The position numbers and the translations under genes were made by a program. A stretch of DNA of 63,790 nt, counting the filler. It is 7 parts of 7 records of this genome, joined end to end, with 100 filler letters (N's around TTAATTAATTAA, not from the genome) between each part and the next. Parts side by side here need not be neighbours in the genome. Positions count along the whole stretch, not along the records: positions 1 to 10,777 come from SRR31147125_8368; 6 more parts are not named here. The stretch is one strand, 5' to 3'. This document shows, piece after piece, positions 1 through 9,811 of this stretch. The number at the start of each line of letters is the position of its first letter. Position 1 is the first letter of the stretch. Below the pieces are notes generated by a model. The model ran no database searches, was not told where the DNA came from, and saw nothing but the letters and a program-made list of their open reading frames with translations.

Positions 1-2620
1 AAAAAGTCACATCATTAATCTCAGGAACAGTCTCTGATGCCTGTTCTTTTTTCTTATCCATATAATACTGAATAATATCACGTGCAACAATACTGCTAAG
101 TTCTCCTTTATATCCATTAGGAACAAAGGTAACAACAGCAATCTCCGGTTTATCATAAGGTACAAAAGACACAAACCAAGAGTTGTTTTCTAAGTCTATT
201 GTAGAAATCTCAGCAGTACCTGTCTTTCCACCCATATTGTTTCTGTATTCAAAAACCTCCGTATATGGTCCCTTAGTTCCATCAAAATAACCACCCGCTG
301 TTCCGTCAGACTCAATAACACCTCTCATCCCTTGCTTCATAGCATCCAAATACTCAGGTGGTACATCATCTAAAGTTCCAAGTATAGAGGGCTCAATCTC
401 CTCAATAACCTCACCCTCAGGAGATAATATCTTATCTACAACATGCGTATTATAAACAGTACCACCATTAACAATAGCGCCAACATACCTTGCAACAGCC
501 AAAGGAGTAACAGCCGTAACACCCTGACCAATAGCAGTAGCAAGCGTCTGCGTAGGGTTCCACTGAAGCTCGGTCAAAACACTAGCTATAGCTCTATCCC
601 ACAGCATCTGCTTTGACATAGTCTCAGAAACATTCATCTGTTCACTCAAAACTCTTCTAATATCAGGTCCAATTTCAGTAATAAGTTCTCCAGTATCAGC
701 ATCAATCTGCCCCGCAACCTTCAAAAGAGCACTAGCCGTATCAAAAATAACATCATCAGAATACTCAACACCTCTGTGTTCAGCAATCTTTATAAGCTCT
801 GCTCTAATTAGTCTGTGTACCAAAAAAGGAATAGACGTATCTTGGTTATAAACAGATCTTGTATTATCATAAAGAACACTTTGATTACCAATCTGACCAA
901 CTGGCTCTCCTACTAATTCTATACCTGTAGAAGAAGTAAGCCCTAATCTACCACACCAATAGTTTATGCTGTCGTTGCCCTGTAAATCACCACATGTAAA
1001 AAAGTAATAGTTACAACTATTTTTAAGTCCACCTGCCATATCCAAATTATAATGACCAGGCGACTCACCAGTTTCAGGGTTATAATTCCAACATTTTTTA
1101 GATTTACCACGAACAGTATATTTTGAATAATACCCAATACAGGATATTCTGGTATCCAAGGTTATTCCACTTTCTTCGCTCATAAGTGCACCTAACCCAA
1201 CTGCCATCTTAAAAATCGAACCTGGAGTAGCCTTAGTATAAACCGCTTTATTAAATAACGGATTAGCTTTATTTTCACTAAGCTCTCTATAGTTTTTTTC
1301 ACTAATACCACCAGTAAAAAGGTTAGCATCATAGCTTGGGTAACTAGCCATAGCTAAAATGTCACCATTATTAACATCCATAACAACAGCAGCACCAGAA
1401 TCAGCAAGGTCTAAATACTCCTCCCAATCATATTGCTCCCAAAACCGTGTCCAAATTTCAACTTTATCTTCTTCAATAATATTTTTAATCTTTTCAGCCT
1501 CTTCGCCAAGTTCCGTTTTAAAACCAGGTTTTTCATTGTACATCTGTTTATTATAAGAAGCCTTACTTTTTTCATACCTTGCAATCTGAGCAGCTTTCAT
1601 ATTAGCAACATTTTCCTCCAAAGAATCCTCAACAGCCATTTGAAGCTGCATATCTATAGTAAGCATAAGAGAATTACCCTGTTTAGCAGCAGTAGAAGTC
1701 AAAACCTTGGTTATAGCCCCACGGCTATTAACCTCAACATGCTGAACCCCTTGACGTTCAGTACTGTTCCCTGTCAAAACATCTTCCATAGATTGCTCAA
1801 CGCCGGAAATCCCAATCAAGTCATCCAAATCATAACCCTTAGAAAGCTTATCTTCTGCAAGCTCTGGCGTATTAATTTTACCAAGATACCCAATAAGATG
1901 GGCGGCAACATCATCTTGAACATAGGTTCTAATTGTCCCCTCCTGAACAGAAACACCTTCAAGCTCACTTGCTCTAGTTTCAACTTCAGAAACAGTATAT
2001 ATATCAACGCTTTCCGCAATAACTACAGGAATATAAGCGCGGTAAGATGAAAGCTGAACTTCCTGCCATATAGATAATAGTTTTCTAGATTCCTCATAAG
2101 AATACTCCTCTGGTATCAAAAACCTAGCTCTTAGTTCAACATATATCTCCTCTGGCGTACGTTCGTCTCCAACGAACATATTTTTTCTCCAGTTCTCTTC
2201 CCTTCTCTTTTTATATTCAACATTGGTAATTCCAAAATCAAAATAGAAGTTTCCTTTATCATCTTTTTGAATAACAAAACTGTCTATAATATCCCCATCG
2301 TATTTTTCAACTATTTCAATTGCACTAATAAATATATCGGTATAATACGCTCTGGCAGAAGTTGAGTTAATAGTTGGGTCTTTAACAACAGTTACGTTAT
2401 AACTCTTTTCATCATAAGCTAAAGGCAGCCCATTTCTATCCATAATTTCGCCTCTAGTTCCCTGAACAGCAACAGTCTTAAGCTTTCTATTCTCAGAAAG
2501 CTCCAAATAATTTTCGCCTTCAACAATTGTAAGCTTAAACAAATTAAACATTAAAATAAAAAACATGCCAAACAGCAAAAAACCAAATAACATATATCTA
2601 TTTCTAGCAGAATTCTCCAT
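1..2620 (-). CDS. mrdA: Penicillin-binding protein 2 (class B transpeptidase), 3'-partial at window edge
   Basis: Absent from the ORF track because there is no stop in the window. ATG at 2620 gives MENSARNRYMLFGFLLF...VQGTRGEIMDRNG. SxxK (PGSIFK, ~1210), SxN (SCNYY, ~1010) and KTG (GGKTGTAE, ~220) all fall in the same frame. Follows mreD. Confidence 0.93.
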   Translation of the reverse strand, partial: MENSARNRYMLFGFLLFGMFFILMFNLFKLTIVEGENYLELSENRKLKTVAVQGTRGEIMDRNGLPLAYDEKSYNVTVVKDPTINSTSARAYYTDIFISAIEIVEKYDGDIIDSFVIQKDDKGNFYFDFGITNVEYKKRREENWRKNMFVGDERTPEEIYVELRARFLIPEEYSYEESRKLLSIWQEVQLSSYRAYIPVVIAESVDIYTVSEVETRASELEGVSVQEGTIRTYVQDDVAAHLIGYLGKINTPELAEDKLSKGYDLDDLIGISGVEQSMEDVLTGNSTERQGVQHVEVNSRGAITKVLTSTAAKQGNSLMLTIDMQLQMAVEDSLEENVANMKAAQIARYEKSKASYNKQMYNEKPGFKTELGEEAEKIKNIIEEDKVEIWTRFWEQYDWEEYLDLADSGAAVVMDVNNGDILAMASYPSYDANLFTGGISEKNYRELSENKANPLFNKAVYTKATPGSIFKMAVGLGALMSEESGITLDTRISCIGYYSKYTVRGKSKKCWNYNPETGESPGHYNLDMAGGLKNSCNYYFFTCGDLQGNDSINYWCGRLGLTSSTGIELVGEPVGQIGNQSVLYDNTRSVYNQDTSIPFLVHRLIRAELIKIAEHRGVEYSDDVIFDTASALLKVAGQIDADTGELITEIGPDIRRVLSEQMNVSETMSKQMLWDRAIASVLTELQWNPTQTLATAIGQGVTAVTPLAVARYVGAIVNGGTVYNTHVVDKILSPEGEVIEEIEPSILGTLDDVPPEYLDAMKQGMRGVIESDGTAGGYFDGTKGPYTEVFEYRNNMGGKTGTAEISTIDLENNSWFVSFVPYDKPEIAVVTFVPNGYKGELSSIVARDIIQYYMDKKKEQASETVPEINDVTF

Positions 2621-2637
2621 ACAAACAACCTACACTA

Positions 2638-3162
2638 CTAAATACTGTCCAAAAACTCAGTAGTAGCCCTTCTTGTCATAAACTTAAATTTATAAACTTG
2701 TTTCAAAAGAAAATGAATCACAAGCACAATAACTGCCGTAGTAAGCATAGATGGTATAATAAAGCTTACAATCAAATCAAAAAAGCTAAAACTATAATCC
2801 ATGAATAAAACAATAATAGATACAACAAGCTCTTTAACCAAAACTCCAACAGCAGCAACTATCGAAACAAATACAAACGAACCTCTATATAATCTTTGAG
2901 CAATATAATACATAATCACACTAGCCATAAAATACTGCAAAGTATAAAACCCAATCATATCAGCAAATATTATATCCAAAGCAATACCGCCCGCCAAAGC
3001 AAATACAACACTATTCACCCTATTTTCTATACACAATATAGATGCAATTATACATATAAATATGTCTGGCGAAACCCCAAACATTTGCATTTGAGTAAAC
3101 ACAGATCCCGAAAGGATGATATTTAGCAAGATTAAAACACCCATAACTATTAGCTTTAACAT
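2638..3162 (-). CDS. mreD: Rod shape-determining protein MreD
   Basis: 174-aa hydrophobic protein with PD, GxxxD and G-F-Y motifs, located between mreC and mrdA. Confidence 0.9.
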   Translation of the reverse strand: MLKLIVMGVLILLNIILSGSVFTQMQMFGVSPDIFICIIASILCIENRVNSVVFALAGGIALDIIFADMIGFYTLQYFMASVIMYYIAQRLYRGSFVFVSIVAAVGVLVKELVVSIIVLFMDYSFSFFDLIVSFIIPSMLTTAVIVLVIHFLLKQVYKFKFMTRRATTEFLDSI

Positions 3163-3165
3163 ATC

Positions 3166-4114
3166 CTAATCCTCACCAATAATAATCTGATCAGCAGGCT
3201 TTTCAATCTCATCAGATTGAGAGCTAGCAGCGTCATTTACAATATCGTCATCAGGCAAATTAGGAACATAAGCATCAGACTTAAACGATGTAATAACCAT
3301 TACTTCTTCCAAATGCAAAAAGTCCACAGCCGGCTTAACATAAGCAGATTGCTGGGAATTGTCACTCCCTCTTGTTATCTCAACAGTATCACCAATAATA
3401 AGCCCTTTAGGAAAAACCCCACCAAGACCAGAAGTTATTACACGATATCCTGGCAAAAGGTCCGCATCTAAGGGTAAAAAAGCATCTCCAAAAGCGGATC
3501 ATTTGTGTTAGAAAGAGCAGTACCCCTAACAACACCATTATCACGAGTAAGTTCAATAATAGAACTAACTCCACTATCAGGGTCAATTATACTAATAACC
3601 TTGCTCCAAGTAGCACCAGTTTCAACTACCCTGCCAACAAGTCCATCAGATGTCATAACAGGCATATCCTTTTGAACATCATCCAAAACGCCTCTGTTTA
3701 TTGTAAAAGTGCTAAACCAGTTACCAGGATTTTTACCCGTAACCTTAGCCGTAACAATTTCAAATTCCGTATTGTCCTCTTTAAACTCCAAAAGAACTTT
3801 CAGTCTTTCATTTTCTTTTTTCATCTCTTCAAATGAATTCAAGTCACTTTGGTATTGTACAACTTCTTCTTTTAACTCTTTATTTTCTTTACGTAAATCA
3901 GTCGGTTTAAAAACCCTTTCAAAAATTCTATAGTATCATCAGTAGCAGAATATATCCAGCTTTGAATAGGAACAAGCGCAGAGCCAATAATACTCTCTCC
4001 TCCGCTCATCTCATTTCCACCAGCAGTCATTATCATAAGCGCTATCAAAACAAGTACAACAATAATCGTTATAAGTGTCGGTCTATTTCTAATAACACCC
4101 TTTCTTTTCGCCAT
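3166..4114 (-). CDS. mreC: Rod shape-determining protein MreC, split by two apparent homopolymer frameshifts (~3910 and ~3476)
   Basis: Three ORF pieces give an N-terminal TM, a coiled coil (ENERLKVLL), INRG...GLVGRV and TSGLGGVFPKG. Adding one T to each T-run restores a single frame. Confidence 0.9.
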
Positions 4115-4238
4115 CAATTTCCCCTTTTAAATTATAAATATATGTAAATAAATATAATATTTATAAACATTTCATCGCATAAAAATTGCCAGTTCATTAA
4201 TACCTATTTTAAAATTTAAGTATAGTTATCATGACTAG

Positions 4239-4300
4239 CATTATAGCATATGAATTCAAAGTAGCGCAAAATTATTCACCAATGTTTACAATAATGTCAA
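4239..4300 (-). promoter_or_regulatory. Candidate sigma-A promoter(s) for mreC-mreD-mrdA
   Basis: The minus strand reads TTGACA-N18-AATAAT, followed by TTGCGC-N18-TATAAT with an extended -10 TG. Confidence 0.45.
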
Positions 4301-4454
4301 TGTTTTTGTACTAATCCAAAGTTTAAAGACCCAAATAATACAACAAAATTTTGCATCACTCGTAATGAAAAGCCATTACATAAATAAAAGCACACACTGT
4401 AGGCAAGGTTAAATATTAAAGCATTCTCTTAAGGTTTTTATTCAAAGATAAGTA

Positions 4455-5486
4455 TCAGTTTTCCTGCATAGAAAAAGAAAAGGCCAGCCTGTTTTTATCA
4501 AGCTCCGATAAAGCAAGCCCAGCACCAATTACAACAGCATCACACGGGTTTTCGCATATCCTAACCGGCATACCTGTCTCTTTAGCAATAAGTCTATTTA
4601 AACCAACAAGCATAGCACCCCCGCCAGAAAGAGTTATACCTTGTTTTATAATATCGGCAGAAAGCTCAGGAGGCGTTTGCTCCAAAACTTGCTTAACTGC
4701 TAAAACTATTTTTTTACAAGGTTCTATCAATGCATTTCTTATTTCCTTTGTACTAGTAGATAAACTACACGGCATGCCATGAATTAGGTTCCTACCCCTA
4801 ACTTCCATATCCTCACTCTTACCATTATCATAAATAGTTCCAAGCTTCATCTTAATATGTTCAGCAGTAGTCTCTCCTACAACAGTGTTATGATTTTCTC
4901 TTATATATTCAACAATAGCCTCGTCCATATGGTTTCCGCCCACTCTAAGCGATTTTGCATTAACAATACCACCAAGAGAAATCACCGCAACCTCAGTAGT
5001 TCCACCACCAACATCCACTATCATAGAGCCTGTAGCATCATTAACATCAATACCAGCACCAATAGCCGCAGCCATAGGTTCTTCCAAAAGATACGCCTCT
5101 CTAGCCCCAGCAGACCTAGTAGCTTCTTCCACAGCCTTTTTCTCAACTTCGGTTATCCCACAAGGAACACACACCAAAACTTTGGGGTTAAGCCTAAACG
5201 GCATATTATTTGCAGATGCTTTTTTAATAAAGTACTTTAACATAATCTCCGTTATATCGTAATCCGCAATAACACCATTTTTTAATGGCTTAACAGCTAA
5301 AATACTCCCAGGCGTCCTTCCTATCATTCTTTTAGCCTCTGCCCCAACTGCCAAAACATCACGCCTATTGCTTTTAATAGCAACAACAGATGGTTCACGC
5401 AATATTATACCTTTGTCTTTCATATACACCAATGTATTAGCAGTACCTAAATCAATAGCAAGCGCAGGTGAAAAAAAGCTATTCAT
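4455..5486 (-). CDS. mreB: Actin-like rod shape protein MreB/Mbl family
   Basis: DLGTANT, EPSVVA, EEPMAAAIGAG, DVGGGTTE and GGGAML motifs; GGAGG RBS. Confidence 0.93.
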   Translation of the reverse strand: MNSFFSPALAIDLGTANTLVYMKDKGIILREPSVVAIKSNRRDVLAVGAEAKRMIGRTPGSILAVKPLKNGVIADYDITEIMLKYFIKKASANNMPFRLNPKVLVCVPCGITEVEKKAVEEATRSAGAREAYLLEEPMAAAIGAGIDVNDATGSMIVDVGGGTTEVAVISLGGIVNAKSLRVGGNHMDEAIVEYIRENHNTVVGETTAEHIKMKLGTIYDNGKSEDMEVRGRNLIHGMPCSLSTSTKEIRNALIEPCKKIVLAVKQVLEQTPPELSADIIKQGITLSGGGAMLVGLNRLIAKETGMPVRICENPCDAVVIGAGLALSELDKNRLAFSFSMQEN

Positions 5487-5663
5487 AAGTTTTTATGCCT
5501 CCAATAAATATATTATACTCTTATCATTGCCTAACTAAGGCAATTTATACTTTAAGCAAACTATTCATTATATAAACAGCGGTTGTAAAACATGCAAAGC
5601 ACGCTACAATATAAAAAACAGCTATATATAAGCAATATTTTAGAAAAAAACTATAATTAACTA

Positions 5664-5692
5664 TTGCACTTTTAAATCCATAATGATACAAT
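5664..5692 (+). promoter_or_regulatory. Sigma-A promoter of rpmB
   Basis: TTGCAC-N17-TACAAT about 40 nt upstream of the start codon. Confidence 0.6.
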
Positions 5693-5729
5693 AGTCGTCG
5701 GTATTTATTTACCTCAAGGAGGTGGAAAC

Positions 5730-5921
5730 ATGGCAAAACATTGCGAAATTTGTAACAAAGGAATAATGTCAGGAAATAACGTTAGCCATTCTCACAAGAA
5801 GACTAAAAGAAAATGGGCACCAAATGTTAAAAAAGTGAATATTCTAGTAAACGGAGCACCTGCGAAAAAAAGCGTATGTACTCGCTGTCTTAGAAGCGGC
5901 AAAGTAGAGCGTTGCATTTAA
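5730..5921 (+). CDS. rpmB: 50S ribosomal protein L28
   Basis: MAKHCEICNKG..SGNNVSHSHKKTKRKWAPN..CTRCLRS; AAGGAGG RBS. Confidence 0.97.
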   Translation: MAKHCEICNKGIMSGNNVSHSHKKTKRKWAPNVKKVNILVNGAPAKKSVCTRCLRSGKVERCI

Positions 5922-5988
5922 TTATAATTTACTTTACTAATATGCAAGTCCGATTTTTATTTTCGGCATTAAAAAAATTTTTTTAAAG

Positions 5989-6023
5989 AAAAAAGCAAGC
6001 ACTTTTAATGTGTTTGCTTTTTT
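5989..6023. terminator. Bidirectional intrinsic terminator between rpmB and the spoVM-like ORF
   Basis: aaaaaaagcaagcac...gtgtttgcttttttt inverted repeat with A and T tails. Confidence 0.75.
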
Positions 6024-6076
6024 CTATAAAACCAAATCCACTCTACCAAAGAAATTTATAATAGCAAAAATCCAAA

Positions 6077-6145
6077 CTACTTTCCGGCAATCAACTTTAA
6101 AAGCTTTCGTATAACAAGTGGTGGCTTTATCAAAATAAACTTCAT
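6077..6145 (-). CDS. spoVM: SpoVM-like 22-aa amphipathic sporulation peptide
   Basis: MKFILIKPPLVIRKLLKLIAGK*, with a GGAGG RBS 8 nt upstream. It has the MKFxxIKxP start with Pro9 and is convergent with rpmB, as in Bacillus subtilis. Confidence 0.72.
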   Translation of the reverse strand: MKFILIKPPLVIRKLLKLIAGK

Positions 6146-6208
6146 AATATGTACCTCCTATATATTAATAAGCAATGCATAAAAAACAAAACAGCATAAT
6201 ATACAAAA

Positions 6209-6388
6209 TCAACTATTTGTTATTAATATAAATATACCAACAACAATCATAATTATTCCAATCAAAGCGCACCAAAGCCAGCCCGGCGTAAAGCACAAAA
6301 CCAAAATAGCTCCAATTAAAATCAAAAGTATACCCACAAATCTCGAACAAGGATTATTACACCGATTAAAACGATTAAAACATAACAT
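6209..6388 (-). CDS. 59-aa small two-TM membrane protein with Cys/Arg/Asn-rich N-terminus
   Basis: MLCFNRFNRCNNPCSRFVGILLILIGAILVLCFTPGWLWCALIGIIMIVVGIFILITNS*; AAGGAAAGG RBS; below the ORF-track length cutoff. Confidence 0.65.
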   Translation of the reverse strand: MLCFNRFNRCNNPCSRFVGILLILIGAILVLCFTPGWLWCALIGIIMIVVGIFILITNS

Positions 6389-6568
6389 AACAAGTACCTT
6401 TCCTTGTTTTAACCATAAAGCTAAAACAAACCATATATAAGCATCAATAAACCTATCAAAAAGATATCAATCACAACAACAAAACTATTTCTTTTACTAT
6501 AATATATTAAAACTTTTAATCTAACGTTCCTAAAAAATAAATTATTATTTTAAAAGCACAAAAAAATT

Positions 6569-6595
6569 CCCTAAAATCAAATTCTGATTTTAGGG
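6569..6595 (-). terminator. Hairpin downstream of the spore-coat gene pair
   Basis: ccctaaaatca...tgattttaggg inverted repeat, followed on the minus strand by a T-run. Confidence 0.65.
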
Positions 6596-6624
6596 CTAAA
6601 AATTATTTCAACATTAGTGTTTTA

Positions 6625-6900
6625 CTATAGCTGCTGTCTTACTTGCTCATACTTCTGCTTTGTTTTTCTTACCTGACTATCATCAGCATCAGTTGGCTGA
6701 TAATATCCTTTTTGTTTCATATTATCAAAAACTTCATATTGATCTTGACATGTCTGATTAAATTGATTAGTTAAAATGCTCCTTAAATTTTCACATGATG
6801 CTTCCGTTATAAATGTCGAATATGATGATATCATCTGTTTTTCCTGATTCAGTATATCATCTAATAAGTCTTGCTCAGATAAATTAGCGTTTTGTTGCAT
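6625..6900 (-). CDS. Spore coat protein (Coat F domain)
   Basis: L.EQDLL.DIL..EKQ....Y....TEASC..LR...Q..VF..M.QKGYY pattern; GGAGG RBS. Confidence 0.85.
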   Translation of the reverse strand: MQQNANLSEQDLLDDILNQEKQMISSYSTFITEASCENLRSILTNQFNQTCQDQYEVFDNMKQKGYYQPTDADDSQVRKTKQKYEQVRQQL

Positions 6901-6910
6901 ATCTTCCTCC

Positions 6911-7114
6911 TTACTCGTGTGTTTCCAAATAGTTTAATAGGTTATTAAAATTATCTCTGTGATGATCAGCCAAACAACTCACCGTCTGCTTTAGCTTTGG
7001 GTCCTGAAAATACTCTACATACGTTTCGCATTTTTTTGTTGCCAAAGCTTCATGTTTCATTTGGTCTTCTAATATTATTAGATTTTTTTGCTCAATTTGC
7101 GGTTTCCCTGCCAT
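6911..7114 (-). CDS. Small spore coat-associated ferritin-like protein
   Basis: LEDQM.HE.L..KK...Y....QDP.LK......A..H...F..LLNYL, the usual partner of Coat F genes; AAGGAGG RBS. Confidence 0.8.
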   Translation of the reverse strand: MAGKPQIEQKNLIILEDQMKHEALATKKCETYVEYFQDPKLKQTVSCLADHHRDNFNNLLNYLETHE

Positions 7115-7184
7115 AATATTCCTCCTTTTTTGTCAAAAATCTATAAACACTCAAAACTAAAAATGTTTATCACCTTTCTAACAC

Positions 7185-7214
7185 TATTATTTGAGAGCAA
7201 ACAGAATAATATGC
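7185..7214 (-). promoter_or_regulatory. Candidate sigma-G (forespore) promoter
   Basis: Minus strand GCATA-N18-AATAATA upstream of the coat gene pair. Confidence 0.5.
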
Positions 7215-7260
7215 TACCAAAAATTTTTGTTATTTTTGGTTTTTAGTGTATAATTATTGT

Positions 7261-7896
7261 ATGGCAAAGATAACGAGTATAATAAAACAAAAAAAAATAA
7301 AAAACAGATATAACATCTATTTAGACGACGAATATTATTGTAGCCTTAATATAGAGCAAATTGTGGCTAATAACCTACAAGAAGACCAAGAGATAGACGA
7401 GCAATCTTTAAAGGAAATAATAACTTTAGACAATACAAAATTTGGATTCGACTTAGCGATTAAATATATTTCGTATAAAAGACGTACAATAAAAGAAACA
7501 AAAGACTACTTATCAACCAAAAATCTTGAAAATAACATTATAGAAAAAGCTGTTTCTAAAGTTGTTAGTTATGGTTATCTTAACGATTCTGATTATGCAC
7601 GTGAATTTATCTCATTTCAAATAAACCAATCTAAATACGGCAAAAAATATATCATAAACAAATTGAAACAACGTGGCATATCAGATGAAATAATAGAAAA
7701 CTCGATGAAAGTATACGATTACGATACAGAATTAAAAATATGCTGGAAAGTTTTTTCTAAAGTCTTTAACAAACACAAAGATAAACCCAAACTAAAGGCA
7801 AAAGCGTCAATATATTCAAGCTTAGCTTCAAAAGGTTTTTCTTATGATATAATAGAAAACGTTATAAAAACATCAAACTTTGATTCGGAATTTTAA
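7261..7896 (+). CDS. recX: Regulatory protein RecX
   Basis: RYNIYLD, A.KYISYKRRT.KE, GYLNDSDYA, G...I..KLKQRGI and L..KGFSY motifs; ATG at 7261. Confidence 0.92.
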   Translation: MAKITSIIKQKKIKNRYNIYLDDEYYCSLNIEQIVANNLQEDQEIDEQSLKEIITLDNTKFGFDLAIKYISYKRRTIKETKDYLSTKNLENNIIEKAVSKVVSYGYLNDSDYAREFISFQINQSKYGKKYIINKLKQRGISDEIIENSMKVYDYDTELKICWKVFSKVFNKHKDKPKLKAKASIYSSLASKGFSYDIIENVIKTSNFDSEF

Positions 7897-7929
7897 GTTT
7901 AAAGTCTTCGAAAGGATATTCATATAGCT

Positions 7930-8903
7930 ATGAAGGACAAAATTTTATACGAACTAAAAACTCACAAAGATCAATATGTATCAGGTGAAAAATTAAGTGG
8001 ACTTCTCGGAATTTCAAGAGCGGCAATTTCAAAGCATATGTCTACCCTTAAAGCCGACGGTGCTATCATAGAATCTAAAAAAAACAACGGACACAAACTA
8101 ATATCACCACCAGATAGATTAAAAAAAGACTATGTTGTACCTGACTTGGAAAATAAGCTATTTAAATATAGTTACAAAGAAGCTACAGGCTCAACCAATG
8201 AAGATTTAAAAAAAGATGCCTCAAGCTTAGATGAAATATCTATATATGCATGCGAAAAACAAACTGACGGAAAAGGGCGACGCGGAAGAGTATGGAATAG
8301 TCAAAAATATAAAGGTGTTTACTTTTCAATACTTTTAAAACCAAACATCCCTATAGAAAAATCTTTCTTAATAACTTGCATTTTTTCTTTAGCTATTGTT
8401 AAGACAATAAAACAATGCATAGGGTTAGAAGCAAAAATAAAATGGCCAAACGATATACTCATCAATCAAAAAAAGTTTGTGGAATGCTATCAGAGCTATC
8501 GTCTGATTTCGACGAAATAAATCACGTAATTTGTGGAATAGGAATAAACGCAAACCACAAAACTTCCGATTTCCCCGAAGATATATCACAAAAAGCAACT
8601 TCACTATGTATAGAAAAAGGCAAGGAAATAAGCAGAACAGAATTTTTTTCTAAACTGATAGATAATATAATAGATGGCTATTATGATTTTATAAAACAAC
8701 AAAACAGTGATTTTATAAAGGAATACAAACAACACAGTATCGTTTTAAACAAACACGTTAAAGTATACAAAGGTAACCAAATATTAGACGGCGAGGTAGT
8801 TGATATCAACCAAAATGGAGAGCTTATATTAAAAACCAAGGATGAGCTTTTAACTATCTTTGCAGGAGAGGTCAGCGTAAGAGGAGAAAATGGGTATGTA
8901 TAA
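7930..8903 (+). CDS. birA: Bifunctional biotin--[acetyl-CoA carboxylase] ligase/repressor, apparent frameshift in A-run at ~8470
   Basis: HTH (SGEKLS..LGISRAAISKH), STN, QTDGKGRRGR.W and KWPND; the next frame continues KKVCGML...GIGIN...AGEVS. Confidence 0.93.
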
Positions 8904-9810
8904 TTCTGATTTGAAGATCAACGGAATAAAAATCGGTCATCATTCTGATGACAAGAACGGGACAGGAACAACTGTAGTTATTTGTAATCAGGGCGCCATA
9001 ATTGGTGCAAGTGTAAGAGGAAGCGCTCCTGGAACACGCGAAACCGATATAGCAAACCCACTCAATACTGTCCAAAAGGCGCATGCCGTTTTTTTAACAG
9101 GAGGAAGTGCCTTCGGCTTAGATTGTGCAGGCGGCATAATGAACTATTTAGAGCAAAATCAAATAGGATATAAGACAGACGATGGATATGTACCCATTGT
9201 GCTAGGTAGCGTTTTATATGACTTAAGCTATAAATCAAACAAAGTAAGACCTGATAAAAACTTTGGATACAGTGCATGCCAAAATGCATCATCAGATAAC
9301 AACATTCAAGGAATCGTAGGTGCAGGATGTGGCGCAACATGCTCTAAAATTTTGGGAATAGACAAAAGCGAAAAATCCGGTTTAGGTATTAGCACAATTG
9401 ATCTTGGAGAAGGCGTATACGTTACAGCTATTTTTGCATCAAACCCGCTTGGAGATATATACGATTATAAAACGGGAAAAGTAGTTGCAGGAAAATCCAA
9501 TCCAAGCACATGCGAGATATTACTCAATGAAAATCAATCTAAACCAAAAGAGCTGCAAAACACAACTATCGGAGTTGTTTTAACAAATGCAATTCTAACA
9601 AAAGCTATGGCAAACAAAATGGCCGATATCGCCCATGACGGTATAGCACTCAGCGTTCGTCCATGCCATACAATGTTAGATGGAGATAGCGTTTTTGCGC
9701 TTAGCACATGCGAAAAAGAATGCGACATAAATAGAATTTTAAATGCAGCAACAATTGCAACAGCAAGAGCAATAGCAAATTCAGTATATTCCATTAAAGG
9801 AAAATGTTAA
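8896..9810 (+). CDS. P1/DmpA-family self-cleaving hydrolase (Asn-Thr-Thr type)
   Basis: RGSAPGTRET, LTGGSAFGL, G.VGAGCGA, NTTIGVV and HTMLDGD motifs; GAGGAG RBS favours the ATG at 8896. Confidence 0.88.
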   Translation: MYNSDLKINGIKIGHHSDDKNGTGTTVVICNQGAIIGASVRGSAPGTRETDIANPLNTVQKAHAVFLTGGSAFGLDCAGGIMNYLEQNQIGYKTDDGYVPIVLGSVLYDLSYKSNKVRPDKNFGYSACQNASSDNNIQGIVGAGCGATCSKILGIDKSEKSGLGISTIDLGEGVYVTAIFASNPLGDIYDYKTGKVVAGKSNPSTCEILLNENQSKPKELQNTTIGVVLTNAILTKAMANKMADIAHDGIALSVRPCHTMLDGDSVFALSTCEKECDINRILNAATIATARAIANSVYSIKGKC

Positions 9811-9811
9811 A

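Noticed and set aside
1359-2050. Plus-strand ORFs of 65 and 205 aa, and many similar antisense or off-frame ORFs in the track
   Set aside because: They are shadows of well-supported genes (here mrdA), with no RBS or motifs.
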